64,000 bases of DNA, from assembly GCF_006345805.1 (NCBI RefSeq), contig NC_043000.1, positions 146,878,001-146,942,000 on the forward strand, given 5' to 3'. Source of the DNA: Octopus sinensis. Lineage: Eukaryota. Position 1 is the first letter of the stretch. Every line of letters begins with the position of its first letter. A program made the translations under genes and the position numbers. The notes under the pieces are model-generated. The model made no database searches. It was not told where the DNA came from and saw only the letters and a program-made list of their open reading frames with translations. Positions 1 through 11,107 of the stretch are shown here, one piece after another.

Positions 1-70
1 GCTCTGTCGGTTCCTTCGTTTATTGACGTTGATGCGTAATTCATTTCTACATTTTTTTTGTTTACCATAT

Positions 71-345
71 TTTTAACCCTGCGCGCGTAAGCGTAGCAAG
101 GTTATTGTAATCGCTCGTCATTGTCTGTCAGTCTGTTTGTGTGTTTGCAAATTTACTGAAAAACGGATAAACGGATTTTCACCAAATTCAATAGAAATAC
201 TCATTGGATAAGTGACTTGAACACATTAAACTTTGGTTTGATTATCTCCAAAACTGGTGAGAGTGTGTGAATCAAAATATTCTTTCTGTGTTACATAAGC
301 AGGGGAAATAACTTTTGATGTCATTTTGTTGAAATATGAATTCGT
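71..345 (+). mobile_element. Non-autonomous Helentron/HINE (DINE-1-like) fragment
   Basis: Starts after a T-run with ACCCTGCGCGCGTAAGCGTAGCAAGGTTATTG, then a (TGTC)-like microsatellite and the block AAACGGATAAACGGATTTTCACCAAATT. This layout is typical of HINE/DINE-1-like elements. The 3' boundary is uncertain. Confidence 0.5.
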
Positions 346-1110
346 CTGAGAATATATTTATTAGATTAAATTTTATTTTATCCTTGAATGCGTGCAGGGT
401 ATGCATCACCACTGTTTTCACTGAATTCTGTTTAGATGTTGCTTTTATTTCTTTAAACTTTTTTTTTTATGTTTTTACCCATCTAAATATCTATCTACCG
501 TGTAGTTCGCTTCTAGTTTGTACTTTATTGTTTATCTGTATATTAGAAACAATTTTCTTCGTCATCCCTTATTGCATTAGTCAGTTACCATTTACTTGTT
601 TCTAAGGTTTTCTTTCTAATCAATGTGTTGTTACTTTTTTTCTGGTTCTTTATGTGTATCGATCCCCATCGCCTCTGTTTTGTTAGCTTGTATATCGTAT
701 CATTATCATCTTTCGGGTAGGGTTTTCGAAACACCGTGGTAATCTAATATAATTTTTTTTTCAATTCAAGTGCTTTAATTACATTTACTTGCAATTTATT
801 ATATTGAAGCAAAAGATTATAACTGGGATAGCTTGCATATTTACATCTCTAAACAGATTTTAATATCAGTATGACGCTTATGCATTGTAGTTTCCGCTCT
901 TTTTTTTATCTCAGATTTCTGTTGTATCTAAGCAATTTCGTACACTTCTAAGTGTGTTGTATATCCTTATATGCATACAGTTGTTCGCACATGAATCATT
1001 AGTGATTTTCTTCCTCCGTCTTCCCTTCTTTTGGACTTTCCTCTATTTCTGGAGAAGAGTTTTGCTCGAACCATTAAACCATCTTTTCTTTGCTTTCCTG
1101 AGCATTTGAT

Positions 1111-1242
1111 AATGGTACGAGACCGGGTTGTCATTGCCGAGTCTAATGTCTCAGAGGCACTCAGCGAACGGGTCAGCCAAGCGGCGTACCGTTTGACCGA
1201 TGTAGAGAGAAGGCCACGAAGAGCAGTAAATGACGTTGCTAG

Positions 1243-1249
<7 letters not shown>
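1111..1249 (-). mobile_element. Penelope-like GIY-YIG endonuclease fragment (inverted)
   Basis: Minus-strand translation CTTSNVIYCSSWPSLYIGQTVRRLADPFAECL*DIRLGNDNPVSYH is homologous to the GIY-YIG region at 25643-26070. Confidence 0.85.
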
Positions 1250-1282
<33 letters not shown>

Positions 1283-1284
<2 letters not shown>

Positions 1285-1535
1285 GGTGTTCTGTTCTGGT
1301 TAACTTCAGACCCTACATTTGATTTAATGTTGTGACCTCGTGTGTACCGTTGGCGAATTTTTTTACTCTGTCTTCCCTTCTCTGGATCTTTCCTTCTCCT
1401 ATGTTTCCGACGAAGAGCTCCGCTCGAAACGTTAAACCCTCCTTCTTTCCTTTTTTCCTGACCGTCCAATAATACTATATTGTTCCACGTCCTCGCGTTG
1501 TTGTGTTTTTTTGTGCTTTCTTGTTTGGATTAACT
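1283..1535 (+). mobile_element. Penelope-like element 3' end / pseudo-LTR
   Basis: Homologous to the copies at 18366-18519 and 22475-22620 (both minus). Contains an HHR motif, is bounded by (TA)n arrays and lies next to a GIY-YIG fragment. Confidence 0.75.
1403..1437 (+). ncRNA. Minimal type I hammerhead ribozyme motif (U4C core)
   Basis: GUUU-CCGACGA-A-GAGC(UCC)GCUC-GAAA-CG-UU-AAAC: 4-bp stem I, 4-bp stem II, palindromic ACGU helix III. Predicted cleavage after 1433. Confidence 0.7.
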
Positions 1536-1567
1536 AACTATATATATATATATATTATATATATATA

Positions 1568-1634
<67 letters not shown>

Positions 1635-1679
1635 TGTATGTATGTATGTATGTAGTATGTATGTATGTATGTATGTATA

Positions 1680-2860
1680 TTGACATTGGAAGTAGTGCAC
1701 GCTTTTTTGAACTTTTTTCATCCACCGTACTTTTGCTAATAGAATTTGCAACTGCATTTCTCTTGCCATTTGCTCTAGGGTGCTTTCTTTCTTGTTCACC
1801 TTCTGTTTATTTACTTCTTGTTTCATATTTGATCTCTCCTTTTTTCTATATTGCTAAATAGAGATACTGCTTCCCTTTTATTTTTCCATATTTTATTTTC
1901 ATTTTCCCTTTCATCAGATCCACCTGAATGCTGTCTAGTTCTATAAACATCAGTTTCGGTTTCCCCTCAATATTTCTATACTGCCGTTGAATATATAAAA
2001 TCTTTCACTATGTCCATATTAGGCTAGTTTATTTCCGTTGAAAGAATTCCTATCTGAGCTAAGTTATAGTTTTCTATTATTTTGTGGAGTTGCTTGTTTG
2101 TGTGTAGCTTAAGCAGAGATTTACATTGATCCGTGTTTATCGATTTTATTAACTTTTCTTTATTTTCTGTATTGTTTCTCTTACTTCTTCTGGTTGATCT
2201 GATATGATTTTTGCTATGTGTGGCATCGACGGTATATATTTTACGGCTGTGTATTTGATTGGATATTTCCATGGGAATCTTAGTCATCTGGGATCTTAGT
2301 CATCATTTTGGATTTTGTTCTTTTCTAACGTACTCTTTGTTTCTTATCTTATGTGGTGAGTTCTTTACTGGTCTCATAGTATTTTCACGGTTCAATCATT
2401 GTTTGACTTATCATTACATTGTGCTGTTTTCTCCACTTTTGAAATTTTTTGTGTACTTTTTTATTGTGATGGTTTCATTTGCCAGTGGTAAACTACCATA
2501 TTGGTATAATCATTCTTTCATTATTATTATTTTCACAGTGTATTCTCACTGGTTTATCTTGTTTACTTTTTGGGATTTTACTATTGCCTATTATGAATCT
2601 TCATGCATTACCTAGTTTGTTTGATATATATTTTTTTACCTCATATTTTTGTATCCACAGAACGTTCTTCCCTCTTAAAGTTCTCTTGTGTGTTAGATCT
2701 ATATATAAGTATTTTTATCTTTATTATTCATAGTTTGAGTCGTAGATCGGGAATATCCATTTTCGAAACAAAACTTATATATATATTCTGGAAAAGTTTC
2801 ATAAATATGCTCGAGTTTAACAAATATGTTCAAGATACGTAAATGCTGTATAAATATGGA
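1680..2860 (-). mobile_element. Highly decayed non-LTR retrotransposon (L1/Tx1-like) fragment
   Basis: A-rich minus strand with broken Lys-rich reading frames (e.g. KNVLWIQKYEVKK, SKWQEKCSCKFY*QKYGG). No diagnostic RT motif seen. Confidence 0.3.
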
Positions 2861-3067
2861 TTAACACAGTTTACTGATCCAAGTGACTATTTAGTCTTTA
2901 CAGAAACTGTTGTGTTTCGCTAAAATTGTGTAATTTACATAATTAGGGATTGTACAATAAGCACATTTCCTAATTGCCAGCGCTTTAAATTCAACCGCTA
3001 GGTCCAAATAATTCCTTAAATTTTCTGTTCTCTTCTGTTTAGGTCAATTTTATGTCTCTATGTAATT

Positions 3068-3120
3068 AATTATTACAGTATTTCTTATGAAAAATTATTA
3101 CAGTATTTCTTATGAAAAAT
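3068..3120. repeat. 25-bp tandem duplication
   Basis: AATTATTACAGTATTTCTTATGAAA x2. Confidence 0.9.
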
Positions 3121-4627
3121 AATGTTAGATTGATTAAGTGCTATTCTGATAAGACTTTCTGCTAAATTTCCATTCTTCTTTGTCATTTATATTTTCAATG
3201 TCTGTTGAAAGTTCACTTAAACACTAAAGAGCATTTACCTGACGCAGGTGAAACTGTGTTAATTGTGTGTACTTTACTCCGTAGTTGGAGATACTGCATG
3301 ACATTATGATTTAACTTTTGAGAAAATAACCCACGGAGGCAATTTTTCCTAATATTGATATTGTACAAGTTATTGATATTTCTTTCATACCTAGAGTTGA
3401 TGACGAGTTCCAGCAACACGTATGATCTTACTTTTGTTTCCCCTTTTAGGTTTCATGTATTCACTCAAGATAGAGAGTGATTTTTTTGTATCTATGGCAA
3501 TACAGTTCACAGAATTATTGAACATATTAAAGAATAACTTTATGGTTCTTTTCACTTTGGATGAATAATTTGTCATCCGTTTGTTCCTTTTCGTCTTACA
3601 TTTAGAATGTTTCCCATTGTTCTAAATCAAATCCAATTTCTTGTGAGAATTTTGCTGTGAATAAAATTGATTTACTGTTTTTTTTTTCTTTTTCGTTTTG
3701 TTAATCTCAAGAGGAGCATGTAGCAAATATTCTTGTGAGATAAAACAATAGGGGACGATATGCTTTCTTTCTCTAATATTATAAATGTCTAACACTTTAA
3801 AGCGCATATTTGTTAAAGCATTCGAGTGCTTGCAATCGACGTTATTCCTTCTTTATTTTGTACTGCATCAAACGGTATGTTTCAATGCCAATGTTTTTCA
3901 GCAAGAATTATCTACAACCTTTGGGTCATTATACACGCTTCGCTACGCCAAGTATCTATGCTATGCAAGTCAGTTGTATGTTAATCACTTCTGTATTTAG
4001 TAATGTAACATTAAGACATGTCGTGAGTATGCAAGCATGCTGGATATGATTTACCCCCTGTATATCACCTGGTATTTAAATCTTATATATATAATCTTTG
4101 TTCCTGCATGGCTTGTGGTCTCCAAAAATCTATGCTTCAATTCAAAAGGAGGCCTTTCTGAACATATCTAAAAGAATTACCCCAGCCGAATCATGGTTTG
4201 TTACACGCTCTTGATATTCGGGTGCCTAAAATGGGTTGGTTTCCGGATATATTACCTGCGCAGTATTTTGCATTACGTTTCTTCTATTATAATAATGAAC
4301 TGATCAAGAGCATGCGAGAAGTTGATTCACGTAAGCTGTACGAAATTTTATTGTGTAATTATATATACATAAGTGCGCGTGATAATGGTGGTATTGGGGT
4401 GAGGGGCAATATAAACACTAAACACATATTTCGCCGGCCTATATCAGCGAGAAAAATAAAAACAATGTGATTTTGTAACGAATTTCCTTACTATTTTTTG
4501 TATTCTAATAGGTTTCATTGAATTACAAACACCCCCCCCCCATGTCACTAATGCTGTTAAATAAGTAGAGGAGCACTAAGAAATCTGAAACCAGATAAAC
4601 ATGTATTACCACTTGGTCTTCATTCGT

Positions 4628-4857
4628 ATTTCTTTATTACCCACAAGGGACTAAACATAGAGGGGACAAGCAAGGACAGACAGAGGAATTAAGCCGTTTA
4701 CATCGACTCCAGTGGGTAACTGATACTTAATTTAACGACCCCGAAAGGATGAAAGGCAAAGTCGACCTCGGCGGAATTTGAGCTCAGAATATAAAGACAG
4801 ACGAAATACCGCTACGTATTTCGCCGGCGTGTTAACGTTTCTGCCAGCTTGCCACCT
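4628..4857 (-). mobile_element. tRNA-derived SINE, family B
   Basis: Reverse complement of the head GGCGGCGAGCTGGCAGAAACGTTAGC and the core GAGGTCGACTTTGCCTTTCATCCTTTCGGGGTCG. Same family as 9921, 30176 and 34355. Confidence 0.9.
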
Positions 4858-5679
4858 TCACTTGGTCTTCATTTTTAACATAATTTGACTGGTTTCTATT
4901 CATAGCACAAGTTATATGTCTTGCAATTGATGAAATACGGCAAATATCACCATGTCTGTTGCTGGCCATATTAGCAATACTAAAAGCGTTATTGTTAACA
5001 TTAGTGAGAAGCTTAATTTTATTAGCATTATTATTTCTATCATTATCATTATTAACATCACTGTCGTTAGTTTCCTATTTACGACTCTACTTAAGAAACT
5101 CTAACACTCTCAATTTACAGACTTGATCTTTTAATTTCCTTGGTCAGTGTTGAAGAATTATTTATATGTCTTGAAGAGCATCAGACAACGTAAAAATCTT
5201 TCCTTCGTCTGTTGTTTCATTGTCGCTGAATAGTTAATAATGTTGTCATTCTATTCTCCTTTGTTATAAAAACTTTTGAGAAGACAACCAGCTACCCATT
5301 ATGTATACATTACTGATGAACACTGTATTTATCTTATTGCAGAATCCATGTGGCAAAATATAAAGCATATTTCTTTTGAAAGATCTTTTTGTAACTTTAA
5401 GTGGAAAAATGTTATGCACGTCTGACTTGCAAGAGTTCATTATTCTTATTATGATTGCAAGCAGAGTCATTAGAGCGTCGGAAAAAAGGTCTTGGGTTAT
5501 TTGTTTCCGCTTTTTGCAATCAAGAAAAGTATCAGTGAAGTACTGAGGTCGATAGTATCGACTAAGATCCAATTCAATATTGCTTACCTGATGCTTAAAT
5601 CAGAAACTATAATAATTGTTGCAGTTGTCATCATCATAATCACCATCATTCTTCTGTCGAAGTCAATTTTACTGTTCAT

Positions 5680-5790
5680 CCTTTCGAGGTCGATAAAATA
5701 AAGTGCCAGTCAATCACAGGGGATCGGTGTAATTGACTTGACTACTCGCCTCGAAATTGCTGGTTTTGTGTCAAACTTTGAAAGAAATAT
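5680..5790 (+). mobile_element. SINE family B core fragment (old)
   Basis: TTCATCCTTTCGAGGTCGATAAAATAAAGTGCCAG matches the family B core. Confidence 0.65.
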
Positions 5791-5806
5791 TTTTGTTGTT
5801 GCATGT

Positions 5807-5932
5807 GGTTGTGGTGGTGGTGGTGCTGCTGCTGCTGCTGGTGTTGGTGGTGGATGGTGGTGGTGGTGGTGGTGGTGGTGGTGGTGGTGGTGGTGGTGGT
5901 GGTGGTGGTGGTGGTGGTAGTGGTGGTGGTGG
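5807..5932. repeat. (GGT)n / (GCT)n trinucleotide microsatellite
   Basis: Direct read; it explains the poly-W/T/V/G ORFs. Confidence 0.95.
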
Positions 5933-6384
5933 TAATGTCGTTATCATTGTTGTTCAAGTTGCTTTATTTGTTGTTATATGCATTTTCAGTTGAACGGACG
6001 TCATTGGTCTGATTCCGTAGAATAAATGAATTCACTGCACTTGTATTTAATGGAAATATTCTCTTATAACTTTTCCGAAGGAAGGGACACAACAGATGAC
6101 TAAAGATAACTGCAATGAGTGACAGTATCACCTTTACCGAGCAATTCGTACAAGGGTGCCAACAAAGAAATTAATATACCTCTTTTTTGCAAAAACATAT
6201 TCTGTCAACAGAATAGTTACAGGAAGTAATACTCGATGTTTTAAAAGACGTCAACTGCATGAAAATATATAGCAGTATTTGCCTAATTTTCAACACGGAT
6301 CATGATGAGAAGGTGATTTAGTACGCTACATACCAGTTGATCTTCTTCACCCTCTTATATCTGCGAGAGAGTGGGGGTTAGAGT

Positions 6385-7330
6385 CTTCAAGCACAACTTT
6401 TATAATGTTCTGTCGAGATCAAAAGACCCCAGTTGACCGACAGTATGCTCAAGCGAGGCCAACCGAGTTCATTGATGTTTTCTAACCATCTTGCTCGTGG
6501 TCTACCCCAGGGTCTCCTGACGGTTGAGTTTGCCCGTAAAACATGTCCAATTATTCTTTGCCGAGACATTCTTGCTACATGTTCGTGAGATCGGAGCTGT
6601 GATCTCTTTATTCGGAGAAGTAGCGACTCTACCTGGAGCACCTCACTAAACTTCCGAGCTACGCCCTCAGTCAATTATCGTCACTTATAACAACAAGTAA
6701 AGCAACATGAACAACCCTTCGGAAGAACCCCATTTCGAATTCATTTTAGTTATTCATTTTTCTACTTCAGTGACAGCACAGTTGAGGAAAATTTCTGTTC
6801 TAGTGAAAATTATATATGTAGTGTTTAGTGGGGTTGTTTCAAGCTCTCTTTCTCTATCGAATGATAACATCACTTAATACTTTTTTCCATAGAAGTGTTC
6901 ATTTCCTTTTTTTTTCTTAGAAATATCTAAGCGATCATTTAAGAAACATTTCTGTTTTTTTTTTTCGACACTAAACCCATCTCGGCCGCTTGTATTTGCG
7001 ACCGTATTCTTTCGGTCATCATCCAAAATTCATGACCATGGATAAGGGCGAGCACAAACACCGAATTGAAGAAAGCGAGTTTAGCTTTTACACCCACCCA
7101 TCCTTTTCTTCTGGTGACCGAATACACATTACAGCACCAGCTTCTGCAACTGTTGCACCTCACTCAGCCTCCTGCCTTGATATACTTGAACTTCTCCACT
7201 TCCTTCAGTGGATGACCACTCACATATGGAATGCATTGTAAAGGTTTCTTTGAGAGATCGAGGGTCTCAGTCTTCGCACATTTATTTCCATTCTCGCCGA
7301 GCAGTACTCGGCGGCGAACCTCATACAAGA
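6385..7330 (-). mobile_element. RTE-clade (Rex3/Expander-like) LINE 3' fragment, interrupted by a 245-bp insert
   Basis: KAKLAFFNSVFVLALIHGHEFWMMTERIRSQIQAAEMG and ESLLLRIKRSQLRSHEHVARM...RRPWGRPRARW match the RTE post-RT C-terminal region. Confidence 0.85.
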
Positions 7331-7549
7331 TTTATTTGATAGTACAATACAAAAGTGACAGGCAAGTACATTGTTGGCGGCATAAACCCTGGTTCATTCA
7401 AATTTGCCTTGCTCAGAGGTCAATAAAATATGGCTAACATTCAAATATATACCTAAGTCGAAGTTATTGACTTATATCCTCCACTTAAATCTGTTGGCTT
7501 AAATGAAAAACCATTATTATTGTTGTTGATGTCGTCGTTATTATAATCA

Positions 7550-7554
7550 TGATC

Positions 7555-7597
<43 letters not shown>

Positions 7598-7620
7598 TAT
7601 TATTATTATTATTATTATTA
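7550..7620. repeat. (ATT)n microsatellite
   Basis: Direct read. Confidence 0.95.
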
Positions 7621-9920
7621 TCATCATCGTGGTCGTGGTGGTCGTTGTTGCTGTTGTTATCATCATTATTATTGAAAACAGTTTTACTTATATTAAATTG
7701 TTTTTGTATACAATTTATTTGATTTAAACATTTTGTCGAAAAATATCTCGTTAGTCACTTGGTAACGCATCATATGCACCGCCATCTTCTTCTTGTCTGT
7801 ACATCTTAAAGTTTTCTGTCTTTGTGTATTGCTTTTTAAATATCACTATGTTTTATTTATATCTTTATTGTTATTATCTCTTTGTGTTATTTCAGATTCA
7901 TTTTAGTTATTTATTTTTCTACTTCAGTGACAGCACAGTTGAGGAAAATTTCTATTCTAGTAAAAATTATATATGTAGTGTTTGGGGGGATTTTTCTAGC
8001 TTTCTTTCTCTATCGAATGATAACATCACTTAATACTTTTTTCCATAGAAATGTCCATTTCGTTTTTATTTTCTTTCTTAGAAATATCTAAGTGATCATT
8101 TAAGAAACATTTCTGTTTTTATCGACTCTAAACTATCCGAAATACTATTCCATCTACATGTTTTTCCTAGATCTGTCTGATTACAACGTTGTATTCAAGT
8201 AAGTTATTATAGCAGCTTGCTGTAGAAAAGAACTTTGAATATTAATATGAAACGATGAAATGGCTTTCTCAATGGAAGTCTTTAATGTTTTGTATAAGTA
8301 GGAATGTGTATAAAGTAATTTTATAAACGCTAAAATTTTACTGCTACAGAAATGGCCCCCATCTTTACAAAACAACTACATGTTTCAATCTTGAAAATCA
8401 ATATAATTTCAGGCTTTTGGTTTTATGTCTTAAACGTATCCCAAATATGATAATAATGAAAGAGATATCAAGATGGTGATGGAAGCACTGTGAAATATAT
8501 AACTCTTTTGCTAACTCACAATACAGAAGGCAGTTCTAGCATGAAAAACAAGATGCAATTGATATCAGGAAGAGAGGTATCTAACAAATACTTTACATTT
8601 TAAATGCCAACATATTTCAACAGCTTAGAATTACGGTTGTGGATATACAAAATAACAACATATGTTTTTAAAATGAGATATAAAAGTGTTTGACATCAGA
8701 TCATATGGTATACTGAAGGAAGTTAGCCTTACTGAGGCGAAGAGACTCTTTCTCCCCACCCTACCTCTCGCTCTTGCTATCTCTATCTCTATCTCTCCTT
8801 CTTTCTCTTCCCTCCTCTCTCTCTCTCTCTCTCTCCCTCTACTAATAGTTATTAGTAGAGGGAGAGAGAGTATGAATAAGTCATGTAAAATAGCTGAACT
8901 AATGGCAAAAGACTTGCAACGTGAAGCAATAGACTCCATAGAAATTGTCGATAGTCGAGGTTGGCAAAAAGCAAGTGTAAAAAATTCACAAAGGGACTTT
9001 AGTAAAAATAATATTTCCCAAGTTAGTTACATGGTGATGCCGGTCGCATGAAAAATATATAGCTGAATTATCATTAATATATTTAATGTTGTAAAGAGAA
9101 TACTCATACGGTACAGACAAAACCACATGAACCTCCATGAGTAATAATATTTTAGTTATTTCGGTAAGTAAAGTAGACAAACATTAACATATTTCGGTCA
9201 TAACTATTCTTATTTATGCGGATGGCGTCCATATATAATAAAACTTAGTGATTTGTTTGCTCTGTTTTGTTTTATTGTCTCATACAGTAATTTTTCACAC
9301 TTACTTGTATGTGATCTGGTACGCCTATTTGTGGTTCTGTCATCACCATTCTGCAACTACATGAAGTATACATTTCTCTGATGAGGTCAAATAAAGTCAA
9401 AACATGCTCCGTATTGTCATCTGTACTTGCTGCAACGTTTAAAACAGTAAGAGAAACTGAGATATAGTTTCCTTTTTCTCATCACAAAAGTATTCCTAAT
9501 TATGTGTTTAACAATAGAAATTAGAAATACCTATGAAGCAAGGTTAAGAAAACATTGCATTTAACTTTAGCTTAAGGCGCGTAGATTAGGGCTTAGATGT
9601 TGGACTTTCGATCATAAGGAAAATGGTTCTATTTCTGGACCGAGTGATGCCCAGTATTCCCGAGCAATGTACTTAATGACACGTTACCCCAGTCTGCTTA
9701 GCTAAAAATTAGTAACATCCGAATCCGAATATTGGTGAAGCGCTTTTTCCCACCAGCTGTAGCATCTTCGATGTTATGCAGGATCAATCGTAGGAGCGCT
9801 GAGAATGTATTTACGTCTCTTTGCAACAACATGGGAAGCTAAAACAATTGGCGAAGCAAATGGGTTTCTACCCATTAATAAACACGATGTTTATTCATTT
9901 AATATTCAATATGCTATAAA

Positions 9921-10142
9921 GGCGGCGAGCTGGCAGAAACGTTAGCACGCCGGGCGAAACGCTGAACGGTGTTTCGTCTGTCTTTAAGTTCAGAGTTCAA
10001 ATTCTGCCGAGGTCGACTTTACTTTTCATCCTTTCGGAATCGATAAATTAAGTACCAGTTGCGCACTGGAGTCGATATCAAATCGACTGGCCGCCTCCCA
10101 CCAAAGTTTCGGGTCTTGTGCCAAGAGTAGGAAAGAATATTA
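9921..10142 (+). mobile_element. tRNA-derived SINE, family B
   Basis: GGCGGCGAGCTGGCAGAAACG head, B-box-like GAGTTCAAATTC, core GAGGTCGACTTTACTTTTCATCCTTTCGG. Confidence 0.9.
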
Positions 10143-10152
10143 AAAATCCTAA

Positions 10153-10340
10153 GGCGGCGAGCTGACAGAATCGTTTTGCACGCCGGGCATAATCGTTAGC
10201 GGTATTATATCCGTCTTCACGTTCTGAGTTCAAATTCCGATGTGGCCGACGTTGCTTTTCATCCCCTCTGGGGCGCTGAAGGTCGAGTTAACTCCTTCCC
10301 TGAACTTGCTGGCCTTGCGCCAAAATTTGAAAGCAATATT
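10153..10340 (+). mobile_element. SINE family B, second tandem copy (internally deleted)
   Basis: The head GGCGGCGAGCTGACAGAATCG restarts about 10 bp after the previous copy. Confidence 0.85.
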
Positions 10341-10376
10341 AGATATACTGTCACTAACTTATCTATGCCTCTGTAA

Positions 10377-10457
10377 GGAAAAGCCATTCTAAACGGAATT
10401 CACAGAAAGCTTTCACTATATGGAAAAGCCATTCTAAACGGAATTCAGAGAAAGCTT
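10377..10457. repeat. 36-bp direct repeat, 45-bp period
   Basis: GGAAAAGCCATTCTAAACGGAATTCA(C/G)AGAAAGCTT x2. Confidence 0.9.
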
Positions 10458-11076
10458 ACAAAAGCTTTAAACTTTCAGACCGTATCTCTCATGTCAAGAA
10501 GCAGCCGACAACTTCCATTCTTTTTTCGACGATACAGAACACAAATTTAGGAATTGCTGTAATTATAGTGTGTCATCCATAATATCTTCAGTTATGCTAG
10601 CTCTAAAAATTGAGTTAATTAACCACGACAGGAATTTCAAACCTGCTTGCGCACCAAACAATACTCTTATACATACATACATGTGTGTGTGTGTTTGTGT
10701 GTGTGTGAGTGTGTGTGTGTATGTGTGTGTATGAGTGTGTGCGTGCGTGTGTGTGTAAATAACAAATAATAGACAGAAGATGGAATATACGAGAATATAC
10801 TATTAATCACAACAATTGTTTCGACACATCTAGCATTGACTCCTCTTGTGGGGCACAGGAAAACTGGTACAGGAGTATCCGGTAATGCAGACGTATCTCG
10901 TCGGGTAATAAATAAATAAAAAATCTCCTTAAAATGACTTCCATAATGCAGCTTTCTGTTTTCTAGAGATAAAAACAGCCAGACGAAGGAAAATTCTTCA
11001 TATATATAGATGATCCAAAAATAAAATTGCAGAAAACAAGAAGAGAAACGAACACTTAATCCATCGAGAAAAGTAT

Positions 11077-11106
<30 letters not shown>

Positions 11107-11107
<1 letters not shown>

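Noticed and set aside
4198-4470. 90-aa non-repetitive ORF
   Set aside because: No true ATG start, no recognisable motif and no convincing splice pair.
8710-8750. CTGAAGGAAG...GCCT/AGGC-GAAG hammerhead-like motif
   Set aside because: Core spacing is wrong and there is no GAAA-NUH; at most a decayed remnant.
9370-9415. CTGATGAGGTC... hammerhead
   Set aside because: Stem II is not closed, there is no GAAA, and no stem I pairing.
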